A stretch of 64,000 nt of DNA from positions 23,684,001 to 23,748,000 of the forward strand of contig CM120642.1 of the NCBI GenBank assembly GCA_051362555.1, in the 5' to 3' direction. Shown piece after piece: positions 38,568 to 51,294 of this stretch. A program made the position numbers and the translations under genes. The notes beneath the pieces were generated by a model, which searched no databases, was not told the origin of the DNA, and was given only the letters and a program-made list of their open reading frames with translations. Position 1 is the first letter of the stretch, and each line of letters begins with the position of its first letter. The stretch comes from Lingula anatina. Its lineage: Eukaryota > Animalia > Brachiopoda.

Positions 38568-39896
38568 TCATTATAAAATGTATATGACCGTACATATAGT
38601 TATTATTCTGAAATTACTGTAAAGACAGTGCCTTTGAAGCCAGCTATTCTTGTAACTTTAGTCTTGCTAAGAAAAACCTATCATTTTTATGTCTCAACAT
38701 GTATCATTGCAGTGAAGGCAAAAGGCTTATTTATGCTGGTCAATCTAGCCATTTTGTTTTCGTTTATTTCTTTCTTTATTTATTTATTTATTTTTCGTTT
38801 TTGTGACAATCACTTCAGTTTCTTCAAACACTATTGAATCTAAGCTGGCCCTGAGACACACCTTCACATCGCTAGATGGGGAAATGGTTGAGTCGTCCTT
38901 CATCTGCGGAGATAAGCAACAGAAAACCACAGGAATTTGGGCCAGGTTCGTCCTCTTTCAATCACGAACCTTGTTAATCTTCGTGCTAAATATGACTGTT
39001 TTAGCTTTATGGACACCCTTCAAATTAAAAAATGGCAATATAGAATATTTGAAGACATTTCAAGCCTGTTATCAGTAATTTCAGAGAGGCAGTCTTTTCT
39101 TCTACTCTTTCTACTTATTACATGTAGTTGACCCTACTTGAAAACAGATATTGACAAAATTTTGATTCAGAACAGATTTTATCTGGCTGAAAGGTTGGTT
39201 CTTTCGAAAGCATCCCTCCCCTCCACCTACGGGTGATGCCATTACAACATGCTGAACGGGTGGGCCAAGCTAATAAAGTCGCTGAATAATCATTCTGTTT
39301 GCTTAATGATTGTAGGTTAGATTGAAACAGCATTTGGAAATTAGCCAAACTAAGCTGTAATTCCGGTTTTTTTGTCGGAGGTTAACTCTTTCCACTGTTT
39401 TTGTCACCAACCTTCTCTACCCCCTCTCCCTCACATCCAGTTTTTGCTGTAAATATATCTCTTTTTTTTTTTTTTTTGTATTGTCGTCCTTCCGTCTCTG
39501 TTAAATTTTGGAATTAATTTGTACTGCCCTTTGTAAAATACCTTCGTTGTTTAGAATTATTTGAATAATCTATTACTCCCGATAATGTTTGGTTTTGTTT
39601 GCAGATTGATGCTCACTTAAAAAGTCAAAATTATATTCATCATGGGCATTAGCATGTAAGGGTGCATTCCCAGAGATATAGATCGACCTAACTCCCTGGG
39701 GTTCACACTAAATTGCAGTCAGTCGAGCGCGCACAATAGTTAATTACCCCCTTACTGCTTTCAGTAGGCGGGACAGACGCTTTAAAAGCCGGCTAAGCTG
39801 ACAGTAATCTAATGAGACTCCCCACAGGGATAGATCGATCTAAAATCTATGGGAATGGGGTCTAAGAGTAAGAAACTAATCCATTCTTAATTTTAG

Positions 39897-42768
39897 ACGA
39901 CCATGACGAACCGACGGAAAAAGATCCCCTTACCAGCAGACGACATGAACATGTATGGCAATCATATTCCAAATAAAGTTTAAAGCGTGAATAAAGAAAG
40001 CATAAGTAAAGTAGCATAGTGCAACAACAACCAGTCGAGTTTTTTCGTGATGTTTAATTTAGTTTTACTCAACTACAGTAAAATATGGTCCGAAGGAGGT
40101 CAGCTATTGTTTTTAAAACTATTACATCGTTTTTATGTTCACCAGTAAATGATAATTTTTAAATATGTGAAAATCAGTTTTGCCTAAAATTGGACATCTT
40201 TATCACAACATTTTTTTCACATTTTTTTTTAATCAAATTCTTGTATGATAGCAGAGGTCTATTTCAGTGTTAAATAAAATTAATATATTGACAGAGTGAG
40301 AAAGCCGCGCTTTCGGAATTCAAAGAGTCATTTGCTGCTACTGCTGCTGCTGCTAATTTGGATTTCTCATCACGTCAAGGTAGGCTAATATGAGATTTCA
40401 CTGGAAAATGATGAGTGTTTGTGTATCTTTTACCATACTTGCATATTTTGCAACATTTGTATGCATAAAATATTTTGGTAGTTACAACACAGAAACTTTT
40501 CGGTATATCAATAAACATAAAATTACACATTGCTGGAGAGCTGCATTACTATTCTTTACTAATCAAGGCACCAGGTACTTTACTAAAAGGTACTTTTTAG
40601 AACATAAAATAGCCCAATGAAGTAATACATGCTTTTTTTAAATAAAATTTTTTCTTTGTTCCCAGCTCTAGTTTTGATTATATCTCTTAACAAAACTAGC
40701 ACTGTGCTTCCTCTCAGTCACCTTTAATTAATTGAACCAGTTACAATGCTGAAATATTAAAAAAAAAAAACAAAATAAATAAATAAATGAATTAATAAAT
40801 ATGAAAGAGGACAGCAGATGACAAATGATGGCAGTTACCCAAGTTTTCCTTCCCTAAATCTTCCTTTTTTTAACTTTTTAAACATTTAAAACTAAAATAG
40901 CAGAAACATATACAAATAAAAAGTTTTGTATTAGGTGGGTAAGTCGCAAGTAAGAAGGCTGTCGGTCGCTGGTGTAATTTTTATGACAAATGCATTCTTA
41001 ATAAAGACGATCTCAGACCACTTTGTTACTGATGTAAGATTTGATGATTTTAGATGCAGTATTCATATACAAACTAGTGTTCAGCATGAACTGGACAAAT
41101 TGGTCACTGGGTAATACCCCCTTCAAGGGTCACAGATTTTTATTTTTCAAAGACGTGCTTCGGGCGAATTCTGTGCACCTTTCTTTTGTGACCATGGGTT
41201 TTTGAGATTTTTTCGTATAGAATTAGTGTCACCACTCTGCTGGCCATTAGAATAGAGTAGTCACCTAGAGGGAAAGTAGCAGGGGCGGATCCAGGGTTAT
41301 TTGAAGGGGGTGTCCGGTTTTTAGCTATGGCATGCCGCGGATGCGAAGCCTACCCGCCCCCCCCCCCCCCCCCCCCCCCCGGCATGGGGTTCGGGGGCTC
41401 GCTGAAGGGACCCGAAAAATTAGAATTTTAGAAGGCGAACAGTGTCATTTGGTACGGTTTAGAACTATGATTCAGCTAGTCAAAATTCTTATTTCAAGAG
41501 GGGACCATTGGGGTCAGAAATCGAAAGGGTGGTGCTCTAGGGTGATGCCAAGTAGCTGTTGGCGTACATGTATGTATGTATGTATGTATGTATGTATGTT
41601 GGAGAGAGAGAGAGAGAGAGAGATCGCCTTTTTTTTCTTCCTTTGTCTTTAATGAAAAAAATTTGTTTTCTCAATTTCAATTTTAAATTGTTTAAACACC
41701 TCTTGTCATTTTACATTATAACGTTATATAAGATAAAAAATCCATTACAAATTAAAATAAAATTAAGATTTTATCTACATCTTTCATTATTATCAATCAT
41801 TAATATTTTGTTCTTTATGTCTTGCAAGATGCGGTTATTTTTTATATTGATCTTTTAATAACCTTTCACTTTATCTTAATTTTAGGCGAGGCACAAACGC
41901 ACCGCGCCGATATAGACAGGTTTGAACTTTAAAGGAAATTTTGTTTCTACATTTGGTTATGAATTTCACAATAATACGATTTAAATATCAGTTTTTCAGA
42001 AGAGCGTGGTTTAGTTTCTCCCATTTAAGCATTGCAAGCTAATTCAGCTGTTTTGCTTTAAAATAAGTCACTGATGTTACAAACCTTTTAAGTAATGTGA
42101 CAAAAAGCGACATTAAATGCATTTTTGTTGCTTCCTTTTGTGGACTCGTGCATTTAACTTTTTTTTTTTTTTTTTTTTTTTTTTTGCAGCGACTCCATTA
42201 AATCAACAATTTTGCCAGAAGAAATATTACCATCAATCGATTTCATAAAACACGAAGAATTGGAAGTCACAAGTCCAAAAGATACCGGTAAATATTTACA
42301 TGTATTGGTTGAAGGCCTCGAACATTTCGTTACTTTGCATGGTTTAAATGCTCAAACTATTGAAAATGTACAAGACCATAAGTGCACGTGTAACGTAGTG
42401 GTTTCGTAGAACATTTTATGGGTGGGCTAGAGTGTCTGACACTTATAAAGTGTAGAAAAGGGTCATATTTGATGACAATTGTTTCCTATTCATTTATTCT
42501 TTCATTTATATAGAGGGCTATCTGTACCGCTTCGCTTTTCCTCACTGCACACTCCTCCCACACACATGCCTACCCTTTAGCTGTTTCTCGAATTTAACTC
42601 TTAACTTAAATTCTATTTATCTTTTTAATACACTATTTTATTAATTGTTTTATTTTTACATCTCAAACTTTATATTGTTATTTCACTCTTATATCACTTT
42701 TAAGAGCTCGAACAGAGGTCATTTTTTGATGAATATAAAAATGTTTGATATATATTACTTGAATAAAA

Positions 42769-42814
<46 letters not shown>

Positions 42815-45800
42815 AGAAGAGGAATTGGTTTCAGGGACTTTACATTTTATATTTTGACTTCTGTTTGATATTTTATAGATGAAACCTATGTAAAGTCTAT
42901 TTCAAGTCGAAAGTCGGGTAAGTGCGACAAAACCGCTAAAACAAAATTACTGGTTACAATAAATTGTTAAATATGTTTTGATGTAAGTTGTACATATATT
43001 TGATAATGCGGTGTATTATACTATATGAGATATGTACCAATAATTTCCACCCACTGCAAAGAAGGATGACACTGTTCTTTATCAAAATAAACTCCGCGAG
43101 TTTCAGCTATATAAAATCACGTGTAGCGCATTTGTATAATTGTCTTTATAAAAATTGTCATCTAATTACAGTTAATTTGGATAAATCAGAATTCAGCATA
43201 CCAGAAACCGTCTCCCTTGGAATTAGTGAGATAGCTGAAGAACACAAAGACGACTACGGTGAGTTGATTTCTTAGGCAAGCCTGTTGCTTTAAGCACGCA
43301 TATGATATTTTGTGGATAAATACGAGTTACAGAAAATAGGGCAAGCAGTTTAATAATAAAATCTTACCTAAATAATAATAAATTGTCAACATCAGTTTTA
43401 ACGAACTGGTTAAAAATCACTGTTTTCTGTAGATGAATTCCAATCATACAATTGTAATAATGTAACATTTTGCTTAATATGAGCTTGCTAAGGTAACATT
43501 TCTCATAAAATGTCAATATAGTGTTTAATTTGTGAATGATTCTGTTTTAGTGGATGTGCATCGCCAGCCTTTAGAAGGTGATATTTCCACATCTCCGAAA
43601 CATGTTTCTCAAGGTAAATACCAAGTAATGTGTTGATCTGCGTGAATGTATTTTATTTTGATAAAAGTATAACCGTAAATGGATATGGGTCAAATGGCAT
43701 ATTCTAGTCAGAAAATGTAAATAACAATTGCTGAATGAATTTCTTGTGTTCTGCGAGCTCTCAAAAAAGTAAAACGCTTATATTTCTGTAGATCCATTTC
43801 TGTAGATATATCACTAGGCGAGACAGTCGAAATCTTGGGAAATTAAAAAAAAAAAACCTTTATCAACCTTTCCCGATTTTACAGACTTTTAGAGGACCAT
43901 GTTAGTACCGCAGAAGGCCGTTTGGTTTAGTCGGTACACAAAACCGTATGCTAATTTATCTTTTTTCTCACTGTCTGCTTATTTCACAGAGCGCATCCCT
44001 GTTCAAGAAACGTCAAAAGCTCCCTATGACCGTTCATCGCCTACATTTGGGGGTAAATATCAATACACTATGCAAACATAAACGCAGACCTACTTAAACC
44101 ATTACTTGATATACAATACATAAAATTCAAATATTTTGTGGTTTATTACCTAATACACAAATTTTGGCATACAATATTATTTCATGATTATAAATTTGTA
44201 TCAAGGTGTAATCTGATAATGAGGCATAGAGTATAATACTTTAACAAAGAAATACATGTATATTTGCAGGATAATTTTGTTATTTGGTTTTCACCGTAAT
44301 TTCACTTGCCATAATAACACTAACGAAAACAATACAAAACATTTTAGATAAAATTTTATATTAACAACCCTTTGTCTTTTCTAAATGATCACTTTCTTTG
44401 ATAAAGAGACATTTTGCTGAATATTCTTAAACAGTAGAATACACTTTTTTTAGAAGGCTAAAGTATTACCGTGGAAAAGCTGTTTGATTTAGTCGGCACA
44501 CAAAACCGTGTCATTTATCTGTTTTTCACTATTTAATTCATAGTGAGTGGTGGTGCTCAATTAACTTTTGTACCTTCCCATGGCCGTGCATCAGCTAAAG
44601 GTTTATTAACAGGTAATTATCAATACACTATGTAAACATACTTAAAACAATACGCGATGTAAAATTTATTGATGTCACGTATTTTGGGGTTTGTTATCCA
44701 ACAAGATGGACAAGATGTTGGACTTATGAAATTATTTCATGATTATAATCTGAAATTGAGGCATGAGACATAGAAGATGTTGTTATTTGCTTTTCAAATT
44801 TACAGTTCCTTTTTACTTGAAAATCACTTTAATAAAACAAGAAATATATTTGCAACATGATATTGTTATTTGGTTACCACCATGAGTGTAATTGCCATAT
44901 CAATGAAAACCATATACTGCAGAAAAAAAATTAGATAAAATATTAATTTTAAAAACTTGATTTGCCCTTAACAAATGACGACTGTCTTTGATATATAAAC
45001 CTTTTCTTAATATCCTGAAACAGCAGGACACATCTTAAATGCGAGTTACAAATTAAGTCTGTTCAGGCAATATTTTTTCTACCAGACTTTCTTGTTGTAC
45101 GCACAGATAACACCAGAGATAAAGGAATCAACTCCTCTGAAAGCTGTGACCCGACGGATTATATTCTAACAACACTAACCGAGGATGAAGTCGGTAAGTG
45201 ATTTCTTGCGACAAATCTTATCCAGCCAATGAGCGTTATATGGATATCAAGAAACTGTTTGTTGAATCGTGGCGCATTAGATCTCCTCATCCTGAAATTA
45301 AACAGTACGTCTTTTACAATACTTTTAACTAATTTCTTGAAAAATCAACGTGTGCCATTTTATCTTTATTGTTGCCAACTCTTAAAGTCGCAATATCATT
45401 GTGTATTTCCCAAATAGAAAGACTGGAGACAAAGGCCTTCAAACTGGGTGACGACCTTAATGCCTTGAACGACTGGAACTTCATTCAAGCCTGTGCAGCA
45501 AAACGAGAAGCAACCCAACAAGAAGAAGAACAAATTTCGGCCCAACACGTATATGTAATCGTATACGTTCGCACAAAAATGGAGAAGTATTGTACACGAA
45601 TACGAGATGTATGGCAAAATTCGGGGTTTGAAAAAGAATTTCCGCATGCTAAGCTCATGCTTTTGGAGTATTTCTCTCCGAGCGGAATCCATGTCACCGC
45701 AGACCCAGAATATAGTCCGAGAAGACAAAAATCAGCTGTTTGGATGAAAAAAATGCATCCCTTAGTGCAAAACTTCTATAAGGATATCAGGGACAAGCAC

Positions 45801-47177
45801 AGCAACATAACCTATATCACGGCGGATACATTAGTGTATAAGGAAAGAGAAAATAGACTAGAGGAAACTGACTGCATTGTTATCTACGTCCCGTATAAGG
45901 GAATAGTGCCAATTAAAGAACACTTTTTTCCAAAGACTTATAAAGGCCTCCCCGTGGACATTCGACGAGGGGTCTTCGAATTCTTAGTGAATGAACGTTT
46001 CGAGAAGCGATTGAAGACCGGCTGTAGTGTTAGTAAGTTTGATGAGAAAAACAATCATCTTGGGACAATAGGTATGTTTGTAAAATGTCGCCAAACCAAT
46101 GAGGTTGGACTGATAACAGCATATCATGTTGTTACAGGTGACAAAGAAGTAAGTGCACCAAGTGATGTAAGAGAACCCCCAGAAAAGAAAGAGATTTTAA
46201 AACTTGGTTTACGAGAACGGCAGAGTTCAGATATAGGTTCCAGCATTGCAAGCAGTAACGCCGGTGATGCACGGGGCAACGAAAAAACTACCCTTATCCA
46301 TCAGGCATCGTGCATTGATAGAGCAAATGCACAGAGTGAAAGTAGACTATGTGCATATGTATTCGATAAGATTTTTTACGGAAACCACCCCACCCACAAG
46401 CTAAATTTTTTAAAGAACATTCAAGTTCCAGTCACTTTGCAGGGCCCCGTAGTACCTACTGGCCAAGGACTTGAGACTTTCAGTGATGATCAACTGGTTT
46501 CTGTAGTTCCTGACGTAGGTGTGGACGCCTTGTTTGCTCCAGTTTTTACGATTAGAGCTCCCACCGCTGATTTCAAAGACGCTGCAAATGAATTACCGGG
46601 ATATAGACTACACCAACAGCTAAGTTTCAGAAATGCACGTGTTCTCCCCTTGGAAAAACTGTTTGGAAGACCAGGAGCCATTGAAAGTGAAGATGTAATG
46701 GTTTACAAAAATGGCTGTACAACAAACCTCACCCAAGGCAAAATCAGATTTTTTGGTTCTGTAGCTTTCCCTCATGATCAGAACCTGCTCGTTAGAACGC
46801 CTAGACTTTGCGGCTACCTGGGAAATATGACATCCGTTGCACTCAATAATCTGTTAGAGGTCGAACGAGTAACTACTGGTGCGGGTCCCAGTCGCGTGTT
46901 TGCTGATGGAGGAGACTCTGGCTCCATTGTTTTCTCGGTGAATTTCCCAAGGGATGACCGAGTTGGCTCAATGAGAGATAACAGCGTTGGTTCAGTAGGC
47001 GATGACCACATAGATATTGTCGGAATGCTTGTCGGTAGACTCACCAACACTGAAATATACGTTGTGACTCCAATAGAAGCAGTTTTTGATGCCCTTGATG
47101 TAGAACTACTCAATGATGACGATTATAACGAAATTGAAGTATTGTGGAGGTACAGAAATATAAAGACTAAAGCCTAG
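39897..47177 (+). CDS. NAL1/Ssy5-type trypsin-like serine protease, paralog 2, with ten upstream micro-exons (start codon unresolved)
   Basis: Phase-consistent GT-AG exons 39897-39952, 40295-40379, 41886-41919, 42190-42287, 42879-42917, 43172-43258, 43551-43613, 43990-44052, 44544-44612, 45107-45193 and terminal exon 45418-47177. Confidence 0.7.
41280..41540. mobile_element. hAT-like MITE fragment
   Basis: Begins CAGGGGCGGATCCAGG with a poly-C/GGGGTTCGGGGG body typical of these MITEs; 3' end not found. Confidence 0.45.
45418..47177 (+). CDS. Terminal exon of paralog 2: NAL1-like N-domain plus trypsin-like protease domain
   Basis: Open frame; LITAYHV (His 46125), GVDA (Asp 46524), GGDSGS (Ser 46917); closely collinear with 29231-31044. 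Confidence 0.88.
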
Positions 47178-47239
47178 ATTACACTTGCCCCATGTTTCGC
47201 ACGATGAAACCTTAGACGAGACGATTTGAACTGTCGTGG

Positions 47240-47515
47240 ACAGCACTTTTAAAGGTGCAGATTTTCTCCGAGCCTTGAATGGTCAAAACACGTTGTAGGC
47301 CTGTTAACACTCCTTGATTTATCAGCCAGCAGCTTTGATACTCTTGATCTTGACATATTGCTCCATCAATTTGCTAACCGTTTTGGGATAACAGTTCTCT
47401 CCTGGTTTCAGTCTTACTTAACTGGACGCGAGCAACAAGTATACATGTAAGGTTCTTATGTTTCCAAATCGGGCAAAACTACTTTATGGCGTGCCACAAG
47501 GATCCGTGCTTGGCG
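47240..47515 (+). mobile_element. L2/CR1-type LINE RT fragment
   Basis: Degenerate LLDLS(A)AFDT.D..ILL....FGI..LSWFQSYLTGREQQV...YGVPQGSVLG. Confidence 0.75.
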
Positions 47516-47666
47516 AAGATAGTCGCTTAGTTTGGTTTCAATTTGATGTTGTATGCGCATGGTTCCCAGATATATGTTATATATGAAAATCCTTATGATA
47601 AAAAAGCAACTGTTGAGGATTCTGTGTATGAACTCGAAAGCATCACAAAGTGCGACTGCACGCAAG

Positions 47667-47834
47667 CAGGGGCGGATTTAAGCCGTCTTCTGGGTCTTCC
47701 GGAAGACGGTCAGATTTTAAAGTTTACATTGACGGGTATCTAATATTTTCTGTCGGAAGACGGTCAAAAACGGAGGATGGATTAACAAAAATAATTTGGA
47801 AGACTGTCAGAAAATATCTCTGGATCCGCCCCTG
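47667..47834. mobile_element. hAT-like MITE with 6-bp TSD (CGCAAG); inverted relative at 58157-58299 (TSD CAATAA)
   Basis: CGCAAG|CAGGGGCGGAT...ATCCGCCCCTG|CGCAAG; the second copy shares CTTCCGGAAGAC/AAAATATCTCTGG and is also flanked by a 6-bp duplication. Confidence 0.8.
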
Positions 47835-48476
47835 CGCAAGTATATCGGTGGACCTCTGTGTGCGATGACACCCACCTGCTCACTCGCGCAGCAATATTTG
47901 CGTGTCCGGAAGTACAGTTATAGCCTCGAACGCTTTTCAAGTTCGATTGTCGCATAAAGTGAAGATGTCATAACACAATTATGTTATTTTATTTGATTAT
48001 GATGCTAATCAAGATCACAATTACAAATAGTGATATTTGACGTGTTTAACATCAATAAAAAGTCAAACAATTCAATAAGAGAAGCGCACATGTTGTGGGC
48101 TGATGCAATTACTGATACTCTGTTGAGTAGTGGTCACTCTAATAATAACACACAGTGAGGAAGGTTACGGTGTGACCGAATGCTTTAATTGTTTCTGATA
48201 TTCCATTTTGTGTAGAAAATGAAACGTTTAAACTTATGAATAGACTACACAGATGTATTTTCATCAGAAAATATCAAATTATATATGAAATGCTTAATTT
48301 TGATTTTTTTTATGCATAATACATGTAAAACTGTAAACAGGACTTCATAAAATCTTCATCTGTAATTTTTGGGGGGGCTTTGATGAAACAATATTCAATA
48401 TATACGTAGCAGTCTTTGCGTTACAACAGAATCACAATTTAAAAAAATACTATAGACGGCAGTAGCCTAAAGGACG

Positions 48477-48730
48477 ACTTACCTTAGCAAAAAGAACAGT
48501 AAACGGCAAATTTTACTGCAATCTAAGAGGTTTGCAAGAAACTGCTGGCAGGTTCTTGAAAGAAAAAAATCGTTGCTGCAAATTTGCAAGAGCACCTGAA
48601 GTTTGCAGAAAGTTTGCAAGAAACCTTCAAACCCTTTCAAATTGAAAGCTGTAACTCATTTGCATTGTAAATTTCTTCTTTCAAATTTGCGACAACTTTG
48701 CAAGAAGCCTGAAATTTTGTTTAGGATAAG
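48477..48730. mobile_element. MITE with internal TTTGCAAG repeats
   Basis: ACTTACCTTAGCAAAA / TTTTGTTTAGGATAAGT termini; repeated (T)TTGCAAG motifs. Confidence 0.5.
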
Positions 48731-51294
48731 TTTCTAGTTCCTTTACAATATTTCTAAAAGGTTTAAGTAGCCACCCTGTTAACTTAATTCTTTTATTCGT
48801 TAAATGGGAGTACTAGCTGATACCAAATACACATACTAGCTGATACATCAATCATTGAACCATAAGAGATAAGTATATAATAATAATTTCAAAAAAAAAA
48901 AAAAAAAAAAAAAATGAAAAGAAAAAAACGGGACTGGGTGAAAAGCAAACCCACATCGCCGTATTTGGGAAACAAGGACGTTACCACTAGTTCAGCAAAT
49001 CCTGCTGTCTAATGTAGTGTTATTAACAATACATGTATATGATTCTTGTCACACATGCTTTACGGAAATTGCTGAAGGCCAGAAAATGCCTTCAAAATAT
49101 ACTTACACCAGTTATAATCAAATTCAAACTACGACCACTACCTTCCTAAGGTATTGCTAACACCTGTCAGTTGTCAACAGATCGTTGTAGTTCGGGAGAA
49201 AAACGTGAAAAGGAGACTTCGCCTGATCTGCTATTACTATATCGATTATTCGGCATTTAAATTTGTCTTTTAATTTTGCGCCTAATTTTTGCTGATACGT
49301 GGAATGTTTTGAGGTTGGTTACACCTGCGTTTCTATTAGAAAAAAAGTTGGACTGATAATCGTGGAACTTTTACAGGGCATTTCTTTAAAAGAAATAATC
49401 AATGAAAATATCAATTTTACCAGATTACTAGTTTCTGAGTTTTAAATAAGCGTTAAAAAGCTTTTGCCTCTTCTATCTATACATGTCGGCTGTTTCACAA
49501 TCAGGGTGAACAATTAAATGTGGTTAATGTTACAAGTGTCTGATAAATTAGCAATTTATGATTAGAGATTGCTGATAGACTGATATCAAAGACACTGTTC
49601 ATAGGAGCAAAATAATAAAAAAGAATTATAATAATCGGACTACAATTTACAATAATATAGCCAATTATGTGTTCAAAAAGTACCTATTTTTAGCTGGGTC
49701 ATTTACGATTAAGGTCATAAATATGATGCGCCAGCTCTTTATGTCAATGATTTATGGTAAATATGATATCGGTATATAATTCCCACAACATATGTCTTCT
49801 CTTCTAGCAGATTCTTCCAAAGAAATGTTCTGAGAAAAAAAATTATTTTAACCATTTTGCTGAAACGGGCTTTTGTACACATTTTACTTATTTTTGAACA
49901 TATTTAAACATATTTGATAAGGCCAAATATTACTTTGAAATCACCTACGTGATGATAAGATGAATTTACCATGTTATGAATTAAACACAATAAAGGAATT
50001 GTGCATATGTAACAATTATTAATAAATGCTATGGTATTTATAATCACGAGCCCCTTGGTGTCTCCTAATTTTTGTAGTGTCCGTACCCCCCCCCCCTTTT
50101 TTTGGGTTAAAGTACTGTTGTTATATCTTTATTTAGGTATTTTTAGTATGTTGGCAAAAATAATTGGTAAACAATATGATATTTCAGTTACAAAAGCATC
50201 AGTTACTTGAATGTGTAGTGTCCGTATCCCAAAATCATAGCCTAAGAGGCGTTCGGTTAATTTGAACGTAACACAAAAAATAATTAATATTGTGTTCTAA
50301 AAATGTTAGATGTTATTTTTTTATCTGTACAAAATTAAACAAATGCATCAGAGTTCATTTTTCTCTCAATGTGACCCCCATTTTGTACCCCTGATTGTGA
50401 AACAGCCGATGTGTATTTTTGACCACACCGTGGCGCTTGTCTTGGAATTTAGACTCATCAAGGATTCTTTTAGTGACAAGGCTTGCCCGAGGGTAGTCTA
50501 GTACAGACCACACCCGGAAGGGAGGGCTTAGCTTATTCACCTTTCAAATGTTATTGCATACTGGTGTAACGACGTCGCCATCACCACATGACAAAATACA
50601 ATTCTCCCTTTGTTCTATTTACCGAGCATTGTAAAATGGCAGGTCCAAAAAGAGCATCTCACAGATCATTTGCTCTTTTTGGAGCTGCTCTTTTTGGAGC
50701 TTACAATCATGAAGTAAGAACAAAGCTTAATAAAAATTTGAAGCACTAGATCCCCACCTACCTAAAAAGGCACCATTCACCCAGTAAAAATATCAAACGT
50801 TGTTAATGTGATCGGCTCTTTTGCGACAAAAGTTGTCAACTATATCTCATTAACAATTTTGGTGATAACAATAAAATAACAAGATGTTATTTAAATAACC
50901 TCTTTATTTCTTTGAACATACAATGAATCTTTTAATCTATCAGCTCAAATATGTAGGAACGAAATGATAAAGCCACACGCTGAACTAAATCTAGCCAATG
51001 TCCAAGCTATAGACCTGGTGCCCTAGGTAACTGATCTAGTCATCTGTATTTCATACAACAGGAAACACAACCACAATGTTAATGGCATCATACATGGAGT
51101 AAATTTCTTTTCCACTTTTTTCACATGGGTCCATTTCTTGTCACTATGCTTCAAATGTCCACAATATACTTAATGTAAAAAATGTAGTGAAAAAACTTAC
51201 AATCCAATGAAATCTTATCTTTTTCGAAAGGTGTTCTGAGAAAAAGATAATCGGTCATCTGTATTTGCCAAGGCAAGCCCAGTATAAAATTGTA

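Larger units (their letters stand above)
34525..47230 (+). repeat. Segmental duplication unit B (carries protease paralog 2)
   Basis: Collinear direct copy of 10245-31105 without unit A's transposon insertions. Confidence 0.85.

Noticed and set aside
43433-43840. Additional micro-exon-like segments (43433-43491, 43792-43838)
   Set aside because: The first has an in-frame stop and the second lacks a GT donor; they may be decayed exons and are left out of the model.
48925-48995. tRNA-like sequence on the minus strand next to a poly(A/T) run
   Set aside because: A/B boxes are degenerate and no cloverleaf forms; at most a decayed SINE head.
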